Assembly: GCA_965203325.1 (NCBI GenBank)
Contig: OZ241875.1
Coordinates: 128,001 to 192,000, forward strand
Reading direction: 5' to 3'
DNA: 64,000 nucleotides
Source of the DNA: a bacterium
GTDB lineage: Bacteria; UBA8248
Shown: in pieces, positions 21,421 through 30,770 of the stretch
Layout: every line of letters begins with the position of its first letter
Position numbering within the stretch: the first letter of the stretch is position 1
The notes under the pieces: generated by a model
The model's database searches: none
The model's input: only the letters and a program-made list of their open reading frames with translations
Told to the model about the DNA's origin: nothing
Position numbers and translations under genes: made by a program

Positions 21421-21624
21421 GGGGATTGGGTCCCGTAGGTACAGTCCCCCGCGCCAATCCTGGTTGTATCCATCCTGAAAAAGGACAACCATGGAGGATT
21501 ATCCCTACGGTTCGAGAATCTTTCATCCCGCAGGAATCTTGCTCGGACCTGAAAATTTTTATCCATTTGCCGACGAATCCGGCTTTCAGGGAATGCCTCG
21601 AATATGCTCGGCGAGAATTGCAGT

Positions 21625-21795
21625 TTAATTGACAGAAATTGAGATGTTAGCGAATTTCAATACAATTTGAATCACAATCAACACGAGAAACATTGCCGTT
21701 CCCCAGCCCATGGCCTTGCTGATCTTGTCTTCGACGGCGCATAGTCGCTCGTCTATTTTATCGAGCCTCTCATCAAGTCGATTGATGCGGTGCAT
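21625..21795 (-). CDS. Small coiled-coil plus C-terminal TM protein (56 aa), possibly 5'-truncated
   Basis: RLDERLDKIDERL heptads followed by hydrophobic AMFLVLIVIQIVL; AT-rich relative to flanks. Confidence 0.5.
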   Translation of the reverse strand: MHRINRLDERLDKIDERLCAVEDKISKAMGWGTAMFLVLIVIQIVLKFANISISVN

Positions 21796-21854
21796 GGCCT
21801 GCTCCAACCGGCCGATTCGACGCGAGCGGTATACCGAACAATTTCCCAAAACCC

Positions 21855-22625
21855 CTACCCCTCCCTCTCCCACATTCTCCACCTTACGATGATCGCCCCG
21901 AACACCAGGACGAGCACCGCGCTCGCGAGATATGCGGCGCGAACCGGGCCGAACCAGAGGCTGTCCGCGCGGAAGCCGCTCACCGCGGCGCGTCCGAATG
22001 AGTAGAGAACGAAGTAGAGGCAGAAGATGAAGCCCGGCTTGTGGTTCGTGAGCCGCAAGCGTCTTAAGATGAAGAACCACAGGAGGTTCAGGAGAAGCTC
22101 GTATATCATCACGGGGTGCGTCGCCTGTCCGGGAAATTCCCGGCCCGCGATGGAGGTCATCGGAAACTCCACGCCCCAGGGCATCGCCGTCGGCACGCCG
22201 TGCGCATCGCCGTTCATGAAATTGCCGAAGCGCCCGAACACCTGCCCCAGCATGACGGCGGGCGCCACCGCGTCGGCGAACTCCCAGGTGGATACGGCGT
22301 GGTTTCTCAGGTAGAGATAGCCGGCCAGCACGCCACCGATGAGGCCGCCGTGTATGGCCAGGCCCCCTTTCCAGATGGTGAAGACCTCCCACAGGGCGCT
22401 CCGGTAAAACTCCCAGTTGAAGAGGACGTAATACATTCTCCCGCCCAGGATGCCGGCGAACATGACGAGGAGGCCGAAATTCATCACCTCATCGGGCGTG
22501 ATGGGCATCCCCTTTCTCGCGGCTTCCCTCCTCACCAGCCAGACGCCCGCCAGCACGGCGGCGACGTACATGAGTCCGTACCAGCGCAATGCGAAGGGGC
22601 CGATTTCAAATATGACGGGGCTCAA
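21855..22625 (-). CDS. lgt: Prolipoprotein diacylglyceryl transferase
   Basis: RWYGLMY, GGRMYYV, GGLAIHGG, GRFGNFMNG, HP..IYE. Confidence 0.95.
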   Translation of the reverse strand: MSPVIFEIGPFALRWYGLMYVAAVLAGVWLVRREAARKGMPITPDEVMNFGLLVMFAGILGGRMYYVLFNWEFYRSALWEVFTIWKGGLAIHGGLIGGVLAGYLYLRNHAVSTWEFADAVAPAVMLGQVFGRFGNFMNGDAHGVPTAMPWGVEFPMTSIAGREFPGQATHPVMIYELLLNLLWFFILRRLRLTNHKPGFIFCLYFVLYSFGRAAVSGFRADSLWFGPVRAAYLASAVLVLVFGAIIVRWRMWEREG

Positions 22626-22688
22626 ATTTCTGATTCCTTGTTGATTGGTATCGCTTACTTAAGAAGTATGTATGCCACGCCCCCTTGA

Positions 22689-22997
22689 AGGGGCTGTTGA
22701 TTAACCCTTAGTCGGGGGAACATCGCTTTATCCCCCTGTTAAGGGGCCGTTCAAAAACCCCTTCTCATCTCAAAGGAGCACCCCCCCTACCCCCCCTTGT
22801 CAGGGGGGCAAGAAAAAGCAAAACCCCTCGCCCGGCGGGGGCGCATCGCCTTTTTTACCCTCCTGACAAGAGGAGCAAGAAAAAACAAACAAAAACCCCT
22901 CTGCCGGCGGCGGGCGTCGCCTTTTTATACCCCCCTGACAAGGGGGGTAGGGGGGGTTGCCTTTATCCCCTGAGGAGGGGGCTGTTTCAACAACCCC
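22689..22997. mobile_element. Non-autonomous MITE-like cassette 2
   Basis: Ends aggggctgttga / tttcaacaacccc; same cccctaccccccctt-gtcaggggg inner element as cassette 1 (22781-22956), with an internal duplication. Confidence 0.7.
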
Positions 22998-23032
22998 ACA
23001 AGGTTCCAATTGACAGGCCCAAATCCATCCAG

Positions 23033-24115
23033 TTATTTCGGGTGGCGGTAGATCACGCTCTTGGGAAAATAATCCTTCCAGCCAAACCAGAATGCGAGCG
23101 TTGTGGACAGCTGATTCAATCTGGCGCCCGCAAGCGGCCCGTCCACGGCCAGGCCGGTCAGGCGCTGCCAGCGCGAGCCCGTTTTCCTGTCCTTCATGAA
23201 CCTGCACGCTGCGGCGCCCTTGGCCCCGCTCTCCGTGATGAGTTCGAACGCGAGCACCTCGCCCTTCAGGACGCGGTCGAAAACAACCCCCGTGCCCGCG
23301 CCCTCGCAGTAGGTGACGAGAACGTCCCGGCCGGCGAAGCGGTCGTTCACGACGCCCGCGCGGTTCAAGTCAGCGAACGGGTAGACCTTGGCGACCTGCT
23401 CGCCCTTTTCTTTCGGGGAATCGAGCGCAAGGGCCACCAGCAGGGTTTTGGGATGTAAGCGGTTGTCGCGATATTTCTCGGGGATCACGCCGGTTTGGGC
23501 GCTGTAGTAATAGCCCTCATACGGATCGCGCGAGGGGCTTCGGAAGGCGCCCCCCATGCCTTTCAGCTTTTTTTTCAGCACCAGGGTGTCGGGATAGAGC
23601 TGCTTCCATTCGGAATAGCGCATCATGGCGGCGGGGAACGTCTTCAAGCGCTCCCCCTTGAGCGGTCCGATGAGGCCCTCCCCCGTCAGGTGGCTCCAGA
23701 GCGTGTCCGTCTGGCGGTCGTACATGATGAGCACGTTCTTCCAGAGTTTTCCCGAAACGCCGAAGCTGAGCTTCTTGTCCCCCAAGTTACGGTCATACAC
23801 GATGGCCGTGTAGCAGAGCGGTCACCAGGTGACGGAGACGGCGCTCCCACCCACGACGTCGTTCACGATCTCGTGCGAACTGAGCAACGGGACGGAATAG
23901 GCCCGCTTGTCGCCTTTGATGTTGATCCCGATGACCATCTCGTTCGGCTGCATGAAGCCCTCGGCATCTTTCACGCTCGCGTATTCGGGCGCATCGATGG
24001 CGGGGATGCCGTCTTTGGGCAGCAGGGTGCGGATCTCTGTTTCGGGACTCGCGCCCGATAGAGCCGGGAATGTGAGGATGACCAGAGCGAATAGAACGCT
24101 TCTCATCTGCGGCAT
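23033..24115 (-). CDS. DUF3179 domain-containing selenoprotein (UGA at 23822-23824 read as Sec; 360 aa)
   Basis: ORFs 23822-24115 and 23033-23800 are in frame: VSVTW-TGA-PLCYTAIVYDR; DGIPAID, HEIVND, FGVSGKL, MYDRQTDTLWS and FWFGW motifs; signal peptide. Confidence 0.85.
23789..23812 (-). promoter_or_regulatory. Candidate bacterial SECIS hairpin
   Basis: About 10-33 nt after the UGA the mRNA reads uacacggccaucguguaugaccgu, which folds as acgg-c-cau[cgugu]aug-a-ccgu or uacacg[gccau]cgugua. Confidence 0.55.
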
Positions 24116-24144
24116 GAAATGCTCTCCTCAGGCGGCCTGAGCCG

Positions 24145-25566
24145 TTAGCGTTTGAATCCATGAAGCACGGTGAAAAATGTCCGCTCCCCGCGGTTCGTCC
24201 CGCGCACGATCTGGCCCAGGACGTTTGCGCCCGCCGGGATTTTTTTGAGCAGCGCCTCGATGTCTTCGAGTTTTTCGACCGAGACGCGGACGGGCGTTTT
24301 CCCGTTTCCGGGCAGGCGGTAGGTCAGTTCGCGTATCACCATGCCCTCGCGCAGGCCGTCATAATAGGCCCTGCTGCCCTCATCCACGCTGCTGATATAA
24401 ACGCCGCGGTCGGTTGTCAGATTGCTTTTTTCCTTGAGCTCATCGGTCAGGTTCTCGAGAGCCACGCCGTAGTTTTTCCTGGTCTCGGGTTCATCGACCT
24501 TGGTGTTCCCCGCCAGAGTGCTTGTCGATTCGGGTTCGGGCAGGCGGACCAGCTTGATCTTGAATTTCTTTCTCCGGGCGTCACGCACCACTTCCACGGA
24601 CACGGCGTCTCCCGGCGGCGTCCAGCCCACGAGCCGCTGGAGGTGGGCCGTATCCACGACGCTCGTGCCGCCGAGGCGGACGATGACGTCCCCCATGCGG
24701 ATGCCCGCTCCCTCCGCCGGCCCGTCCTTGAGCAAAGCGCCCACGAGCGCGCCCCTGGCTTTCGGGAGCCCCAGCAGGTAGGCCATGTCCTGGCTGACGG
24801 GCTGGATGGTCACGCCCAGATAGCCGCGCGGGAAGTTCCCGCTCCGTCTTAAGTATTTGATGACGTCTTTCGCCATGTTGACGGGAATCGCGAACCCGAT
24901 GCCGCTGCCGGGCGCGGGGATCGCCGTGTTGATGCCGATGACCTGGCCGTCGATGTTCACCAGGGGCCCGCCGCTGTTGCCCCGGTTGATGGCAGCGTCC
25001 GTCTGGATGAAATACTCATAGCGCGCGACGCCGACGCCGCTGCGCCCGATGCCGCTCACCACGCCCACCGTGAACGTCCTCGTGATGCCGAACGGATCGC
25101 CCACGGCTATCGACCACTGCCCCACCTTCACCTTGTCGGAGTCTCCGAACGTCGCCACCGGCAGCTTGCGGTGCGGCTCGATTTTGATGAGCGCGAGATC
25201 GGTATAACGATCCGTGCCGACGATTTTCGCCCAATGCGCGGACTCATCCCAAAGGCGCACGCGCAGCCTGCGCGTATTGCTGACCACGTGGTTGTTCGTG
25301 AGGATGTATCCCGCCGGGTCGATGATGACGCCCGAACCCGAAGAGAAGGTCGGTATGTTCGGGTGGGGCGACTGGGGAGACTGTTGCGCCGCTCCCTTGA
25401 TTCTCTCCCCTTGTATGCTCACGACGGTCGGCTTCACACTTTCCGCAATACCGGTGAACGCCGCCTCGATCTTCCGCATGTAGTCGATGCCCGGGTTCGC
25501 CTGCGCGGGCGCGGCGAAACCCATGCACAACAGCAGTGCCATTGAAAAGATGAAGCGATGAATCAT
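24145..25566 (-). CDS. DegP/HtrA family serine protease with PDZ domains
   Basis: SGSGVI, TNNHVV, DLALIK, IQTDAAINRGNSGGPL, GYLGV; signal peptide. Confidence 0.93.
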   Translation of the reverse strand: MIHRFIFSMALLLCMGFAAPAQANPGIDYMRKIEAAFTGIAESVKPTVVSIQGERIKGAAQQSPQSPHPNIPTFSSGSGVIIDPAGYILTNNHVVSNTRRLRVRLWDESAHWAKIVGTDRYTDLALIKIEPHRKLPVATFGDSDKVKVGQWSIAVGDPFGITRTFTVGVVSGIGRSGVGVARYEYFIQTDAAINRGNSGGPLVNIDGQVIGINTAIPAPGSGIGFAIPVNMAKDVIKYLRRSGNFPRGYLGVTIQPVSQDMAYLLGLPKARGALVGALLKDGPAEGAGIRMGDVIVRLGGTSVVDTAHLQRLVGWTPPGDAVSVEVVRDARRKKFKIKLVRLPEPESTSTLAGNTKVDEPETRKNYGVALENLTDELKEKSNLTTDRGVYISSVDEGSRAYYDGLREGMVIRELTYRLPGNGKTPVRVSVEKLEDIEALLKKIPAGANVLGQIVRGTNRGERTFFTVLHGFKR

Positions 25567-25668
25567 GGAACCCCCACCATTTTGTTTCCTCAGCGGCTTG
25601 TTATCCTGCAAGATTATACAGGGATGCCCGGTCTTTGAAAGGGCAAGAAGATATATGCTTCCCCGTTT

Positions 25669-25894
25669 GGACTGCTGGAAAAAGCCCTCCTTGATCGGAA
25701 TTGACCACCGCCGTCATTCCGGGCGTCATTGCCACTCCTGTTGTAGGGGTCGCATATATGTTGTAGGGGTCGCATATATGCGACCCGGATTTTTTCACCC
25801 ACCACAAGGGCCGCATATATGCGGCCCCTACACAAACCGTCGCCTCCCGAGTCACGTCAAATTCTCGTTCATCAGGACTTGCTCAACAACCCCC
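25669..25894. mobile_element. Non-autonomous MITE-like cassette 3 with GTAG-REP cargo
   Basis: Ends ggactgctggaaaaagccc / ggacttgctcaacaaccccc; cargo is an inverted REP pair gtaggggtcgcatatatgcgaccc ... gggccgcatatatgcggcccctac plus a 20-bp tandem duplication at 25739-25778. Confidence 0.6.
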
Positions 25895-25933
25895 ACATGA
25901 CGGCAGTATTCTCATAGCACACGCGCACATGAC

Positions 25934-26392
25934 TCACCTAACCTCAAGTATCACTTCAAGTTCCACGGGCGCTCCCAGGGGCAGTTCCGCCACGCCCACC
26001 GCCACCCTGGCGTGCAAGCCCTTGTCGCCGAAAATCTCGCCGGCCAGATTGGACGCTCCGTTCACGACGAGGGGCTGGGCGGTGAAATCCGGCGCAACGG
26101 CCACGTAACCGCTCATCCGCACGATCCTCTCCACGCGCTCCAGATCGCCCAGGGCCGCTTTCGCCTGCGCGATGGCGTTCAGGAAACAGAGCGCCGCGCA
26201 TTCCTGCCCCTGCTCGACCGTGACGTCGAGCGGCACTTTTCCCTCATGAATCATCTTGCCGTCCCTGATGGGAATCTGGCCCGAGATGAACATCAAGGAC
26301 CCGGAGATGACGTACGGCACATAGGCCCCGACCGGCGCGGGCGCATCGGGCAGTTCGATTCCCAGTTCGTTCATTCGCTCGGCGACGCTCAT
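25934..26392 (-). CDS. RidA/YjgF/YER057c family protein
   Basis: MSVAERM start overlapping the mobA stop; PVGAYVP, ISGQIP, NGAS, HARVAVGVAELP. Confidence 0.9.
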   Translation of the reverse strand: MSVAERMNELGIELPDAPAPVGAYVPYVISGSLMFISGQIPIRDGKMIHEGKVPLDVTVEQGQECAALCFLNAIAQAKAALGDLERVERIVRMSGYVAVAPDFTAQPLVVNGASNLAGEIFGDKGLHARVAVGVAELPLGAPVELEVILEVR

Positions 26393-27012
26393 TTCGGCTC
26401 CCCCCTCATCGAGATGGTTTTGATTTTTTCGAATTCCTCGGGCGTGTTCGCATTCAAAAAAGAGGCTCCCTCGGCGTCCCATTCCCTCCAGACCGCCTCC
26501 TCCACACGCTTCACGCTCACATGTTCGTGAAACCCTATCATCTTGAGACGCTCCCTCGAAATCGACTCCTCGATGTGAGGCGCGCAATTCTTTCCGTAGA
26601 ACGCGCAAAGCGGCTCGGGGTAGTCGTCCTTCACCGGAATCACCACGTCCCAGTCCTCCACCAAAGAGGCGAGGCCGCGGACGAGCGCGGGTTGCAAGAG
26701 CGGCATGTCGCATCCCGCCACGAAAACGTGCGGGCGCCCCGCTTTCACGACAGCCGTGTGGAGGCCGCCCAGCGAGTCGTTGCCGGGATGAATGTCGCCC
26801 GCGACGGCGAGGCCCATTCGCTCGTATTCTGCTTTCTCGTTCGCCACGACGAACACTTCTTCGAACATCCCGCCCAAAGTGTCCGCGATGCGCCTGATTA
26901 TGGGTATTCCGCCAATCTCCATCATGGATTTGTCCTGTCCCATCCGGCGGCTCCGGCCGCCCGCCAAAATGGCGGCGGAGTACGGCAGCCTGGCGGTTGA
27001 TTCTGTGTTCAT
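26389..27012 (-). CDS. mobA: Molybdenum cofactor guanylyltransferase
   Basis: ILAGGRSRRMGQDK, GCDMP, EPLCAFY, NANTPEE. Confidence 0.93.
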   Translation of the reverse strand: MNTESTARLPYSAAILAGGRSRRMGQDKSMMEIGGIPIIRRIADTLGGMFEEVFVVANEKAEYERMGLAVAGDIHPGNDSLGGLHTAVVKAGRPHVFVAGCDMPLLQPALVRGLASLVEDWDVVIPVKDDYPEPLCAFYGKNCAPHIEESISRERLKMIGFHEHVSVKRVEEAVWREWDAEGASFLNANTPEEFEKIKTISMRGEPK

Positions 27013-27055
27013 GCGGGGCGCTCCGGGAGGAGCTTAGGGGCCGGAAGCAAATTGT

Positions 27056-28327
27056 TCAGGAGTGCACCCGTTCGGGGGTGGCGGCTTCTGCCTGTTCTGG
27101 CTTTTGAGGGGGCATCTCTTCCAGCAGGATCACCTGCACGCGGCTTCCGGCGGCGAGTTCGGTCTCGTATTCGGGGAACACGACCAGGGCGTTCGCCCGC
27201 ACCATGGAATGCAGGATGTTGGAGCCCTGCGCCTCGATGGCCTGAACGGTCCATTCGTCTCCGTCGCGGTAGACGATTGAGCGCACGTAGTGGCGCCGCT
27301 CGGGGGATTTCGTGAGCGGGTGCAGGAGGCGCGCCTCCACGCTCGGGCGGAAGAGGTTCTCAAAACCCTGCATCTTGAGCAGCGACGGCCGCACGAACAG
27401 CTCGAAGCTCACCATGGTGGATACAGGGTTCCCCGGCAGGCCGAACACAGGCTTTCCGTTCAGGACGCCGAAGGCCATCGGCTTGCCCGGCTTCATGCGC
27501 ACGCGCCAGAAGCGCATGTCGTTCCCAAGGCCGCCCAGCGTGGATTTTACGAGATCGAAATCCCCCACCGAGACGCCGCCGCTGGTGATGAGCAAATCCG
27601 CGGCCAGGCCGTCGTTGATGTGGCGGGTCAGGTCTTCGGCGTTGTCGCGGGCGATGCCCAGCAGAACCGGCTCGCCGCCGGCTTCGAGCACCTGCGCGGC
27701 GAGAGCGTAGGAGTTGGAGTTGAATATCTGCCCCACGCCGGGGGCGTCTCCCAGATCGACGAGTTCCTCTCCCGTCGCGAGGATGGCCACCTTCGGTTTC
27801 TGGTGCACGTACACCCGCGCCCGGCCGATGTTCGCCAGCATGCCCGCGGATGCCGCGCCAAGGCGGGTTCCTTGCGAGAGAACCGTCTCACCGGGCTTCA
27901 CGTCTTCTCCTGCCAGCCGGATGGCTTCTCCCTCGGGCACGGCGAGGAATATCTCTACCTCATCATCCGAGATTCGCTCCGTCTCCTCGACGAGCACGAC
28001 GGCGTCCGCCCCGTCCGGAATGGGCGCGCCCGTCATGATCTTGATGGCCTCGCCCGGGCCGAGGGTGCGGCTCGCCACGACGCCGGCCTGAATCTCCTCG
28101 ACCACTTTCAGCGTCCTGGGCGTTTCGCGGCTCGCGCCTCGCACGTCTTCCGCGCGCAGGGCGTAGCCGTCCATCGCCGAGTTGTTCCAGGGCGGAACGG
28201 GGCGTGAGGACTGGACATCCTCCGCCAGCACCCTGCCCGGACAATCGAGCAGGCCCACCCGCTCGCGCCCCATCGGGCGGATCATCTCCAGTATCGAATT
28301 GCGAGCCTCTTCCACGCTGATCATCAT
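27056..28327 (-). CDS. moeA: Molybdopterin molybdotransferase MoeA
   Basis: SAMDGYA, IMTGAPIP, TGEEL, TSGGVSVGDFD, MKPGKP, GLPGNPVS. Confidence 0.96.
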   Translation of the reverse strand: MMISVEEARNSILEMIRPMGRERVGLLDCPGRVLAEDVQSSRPVPPWNNSAMDGYALRAEDVRGASRETPRTLKVVEEIQAGVVASRTLGPGEAIKIMTGAPIPDGADAVVLVEETERISDDEVEIFLAVPEGEAIRLAGEDVKPGETVLSQGTRLGAASAGMLANIGRARVYVHQKPKVAILATGEELVDLGDAPGVGQIFNSNSYALAAQVLEAGGEPVLLGIARDNAEDLTRHINDGLAADLLITSGGVSVGDFDLVKSTLGGLGNDMRFWRVRMKPGKPMAFGVLNGKPVFGLPGNPVSTMVSFELFVRPSLLKMQGFENLFRPSVEARLLHPLTKSPERRHYVRSIVYRDGDEWTVQAIEAQGSNILHSMVRANALVVFPEYETELAAGSRVQVILLEEMPPQKPEQAEAATPERVHS

Positions 28328-28469
28328 CGACTCCGTCTGTCTGAAAAGCGACCGGCCCCATCCCGGCCGCCGCTATTATAACCGACGCCGTAGCGGGAAC
28401 AAACGGAGGACGGCTTCCGAAAGAGAACCCGGGTTTGCGAATTTCCGGCGTTTTCATTAGAAATGCCCT

Positions 28470-28913
28470 ATGCCAAAGGACCAGTACAGCTACAAGAGTG
28501 AAATGCGCGTGCGCTTCGGCGAGACGGATCTCCAGGGCGTGGTGTTCAACGCCAACTACCTCCTCTACGTCGACACCGCGCAGATGGATTACCTGCGCAC
28601 CATCGGTGTCCCCTACTTCGACATGCTCGAGCGGGGGTTCGACATCGTGATCGTCGACGCCTCACTCCAGTTTCTCGCGCCCGCCCGTTTCGACGAGGTG
28701 CTCCACGTCTACGCGCGCATCCATGACATCGGCAATTCGAGCATCAAGATGGACTATGAGATATACGAGGCGGAATCGGAGCGCTTCGTCGCCAGGTCGC
28801 AGACGGCCTATGTGATCATCGACAAGAATTCGCAAAAGCCCGTCCGCGTGCCTCCCTACATCCGCCGCGCCGTCAGGGAATTCGAGGCGAGAGAAGATAT
28901 CGAGGAAACGTAA
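28470..28913 (+). CDS. Acyl-CoA thioesterase (YbgC/4HBT family)
   Basis: RVRFGETDLQGVVFNANY hot-dog motif. Confidence 0.9.
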   Translation: MPKDQYSYKSEMRVRFGETDLQGVVFNANYLLYVDTAQMDYLRTIGVPYFDMLERGFDIVIVDASLQFLAPARFDEVLHVYARIHDIGNSSIKMDYEIYEAESERFVARSQTAYVIIDKNSQKPVRVPPYIRRAVREFEAREDIEET

Positions 28914-29174
28914 ACGCAGGCGATTTCACGCTTCATGCGCCCCGGATAATGCAAATACGGCCAATTTCCGGCCATCGGCGAAAATCGCATCGTTGAGAAG
29001 CGCGCTGCTTCATGGTAAAATTCAGAAATTCACAACCGCTGTGCAAGATTGCTTTTCGGAAGTTCCGGCTTTGACGAGAGTGGGGGGCAGTCGTCATCTT
29101 CAAATCATAAACCAATCGTGGGGTCATTTTCGCTGTAGCAGGCACAGCATTCTGCAGCATAAACAGGAGGGAAT

Positions 29175-30179
29175 ATGATGAAATCGCTGAAACCATCGAA
29201 ACGCGCTATTCCGTTCCTCACCCTTGCGCTGAGTTTGCTCATCGTCGTAGCGCTGGGGACCACACAGGCTCTTGCTGCATGGAAGCCCACGCGCCCGATT
29301 GAATTCGTCATCATGGCGGGCAAGGGCGGCGGCGCGGACCGCATCGCCCGCCTCATGCAGAAAATCGTCACGCAGAACAAGTGGTCGCCCCAACCCCTGG
29401 TTCCGATCAACAAGAAAGGCGGCTCGGGCGCCGAGGCGATGCTCTATCTGCTATCGAAAAAAGGGAACCCGCACGTCATTCTCGTGACGCTGAACAGCTT
29501 CTTCACGACACCGGCCCTGCGGAAGCTGCCGGTGAACTACACGAAGCTCACGCCGGTCTACCGGCTGGCCATGGACACGTTTCTCCTTTGGGTCAACCCG
29601 AAATCGGGAATCAAGAACATAGATGACTTCGTGAAGGCCGTGAAAGCCAAGAAAGGGAAATGGACCATGGGCGGCACGGGCAAGATGCAGGAAGACCAGC
29701 TCGTCACGAACATGCTCATGCAGGCCTATGGCCTCAAGGGCATGATTACCTACGTGCCCTTCCGGGGCGGTGGCACCGTGGCGAAAAACCTCGCCGGCGG
29801 CCACGTCGATTCGACGGTGAACAACCCCTCCGAGGGTCTGCCGCACTATCCCGGCAAGATGAGGCCGATCGCCGCGCTGACGCCCGAGCGCATCCCTGCG
29901 TTCAAGGATGTCCCCACGTTCAAGGAACTGGGCCAGCCGCAGCTCGTGTACTTCATGCAGCGCAGCATCAACGCGCCCGGCGGCATCCCCAAGGACGCCC
30001 TGGCATGGTATACGAACCTGTTCAACAAGCTGTGCAATTCCAAGGAGTGGAAGGACTATACGTCCAAGAAGGCGCTGAACCGCGCCTGCCTGAGCGGCGC
30101 GCCGCTGGGCAAGTTCTTCGCCGATGAGGACGTGAAGCACAAGAAGCTGCTCATGGGCATGGGATTGCTGAAGAATTAG
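29175..30179 (+). CDS. tctC: Tripartite tricarboxylate transporter substrate-binding protein
   Basis: Signal peptide; GGGADRIAR, NKKGGSG, YVPFRGGG, VPTFKELG. Confidence 0.9.
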   Translation: MMKSLKPSKRAIPFLTLALSLLIVVALGTTQALAAWKPTRPIEFVIMAGKGGGADRIARLMQKIVTQNKWSPQPLVPINKKGGSGAEAMLYLLSKKGNPHVILVTLNSFFTTPALRKLPVNYTKLTPVYRLAMDTFLLWVNPKSGIKNIDDFVKAVKAKKGKWTMGGTGKMQEDQLVTNMLMQAYGLKGMITYVPFRGGGTVAKNLAGGHVDSTVNNPSEGLPHYPGKMRPIAALTPERIPAFKDVPTFKELGQPQLVYFMQRSINAPGGIPKDALAWYTNLFNKLCNSKEWKDYTSKKALNRACLSGAPLGKFFADEDVKHKKLLMGMGLLKN

Positions 30180-30198
30180 TTTGCGGAGAAGAATCCAG

Positions 30199-30690
30199 AT
30201 GCAACGGGCGGATAGGATAGTCGCCATCGGGCTGATTTTCGTGTCCCTCGGCGTCGCCTGGAAAGCTACGGAACTACCCGTCGGCATTCTTCCCAAAGAA
30301 GGGCCAGGAGGGGGTTTCCTCCCCTTCTGGCTTTCTTTGGGAATCGCCGCCGTGGCGTTGATGGTATTGATCCAGTCGCTGCTTTCTTCCCGCCGGGACA
30401 AATCCGATACGGCCAGCGCGGGAGTCTTCATGAGCCGGGAAGGACTGGGCGACCTGATGCGCGTCGGCCTGCCCGGAATGATCATGATTCTCCTGATCGG
30501 CGTTATCTCGGTCTATTTCTCGGCGGCTCTTTTCATTTTTTATTGCCTGTTCATCGTCGGGGGGCACAACCTCAAGACGAGCCTCGGCGTGTCGATAGGC
30601 GTGCCCGTCGTGGTGTATTACATTTTCGAGAAATTCTTGATTATTCCGTTGCCGAAGGGGTATGCGGAGTTTTTGTTTTACTGGAACTGA
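30199..30690 (+). CDS. tctB: Tripartite tricarboxylate transporter TctB
   Basis: Four TM segments, GPGGGFLP, F..FL.IPLPKG; lies between tctC and tctA. Confidence 0.85.
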   Translation: MQRADRIVAIGLIFVSLGVAWKATELPVGILPKEGPGGGFLPFWLSLGIAAVALMVLIQSLLSSRRDKSDTASAGVFMSREGLGDLMRVGLPGMIMILLIGVISVYFSAALFIFYCLFIVGGHNLKTSLGVSIGVPVVVYYIFEKFLIIPLPKGYAEFLFYWN

Positions 30691-30770
30691 TTATTTCACC
30701 GTTTCCTTTGCCATCCGTCAGGAAATCTCCGTAATCGTGGGGGCAGGGTTTGTCCTAAGGGCCGGGTAAA

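Noticed and set aside
19635..23207. ORFs in the track overlapping the repeat clusters (e.g. 19635-20018, 20774-21316, 22800-23207)
   Set aside because: They are translations of palindromic repeats with low-complexity Pro/Gly content and no family motifs
23033..24115. Interpretation as a nonsense pseudogene or as two genes
   Set aside because: The TGA sits exactly at a Cys-equivalent position, with a downstream hairpin and no other lesions
25739..25831. Possible CRISPR array (repeated gtaggggtcgcatatatg)
   Set aside because: Only a tandem duplication plus an inverted REP pair; no regular spacers and no cas genes
29140..29158. Sigma54 promoter upstream of tctC (GGCAC...TGC)
   Set aside because: GG-to-GC spacing is 11 nt, not the required 10
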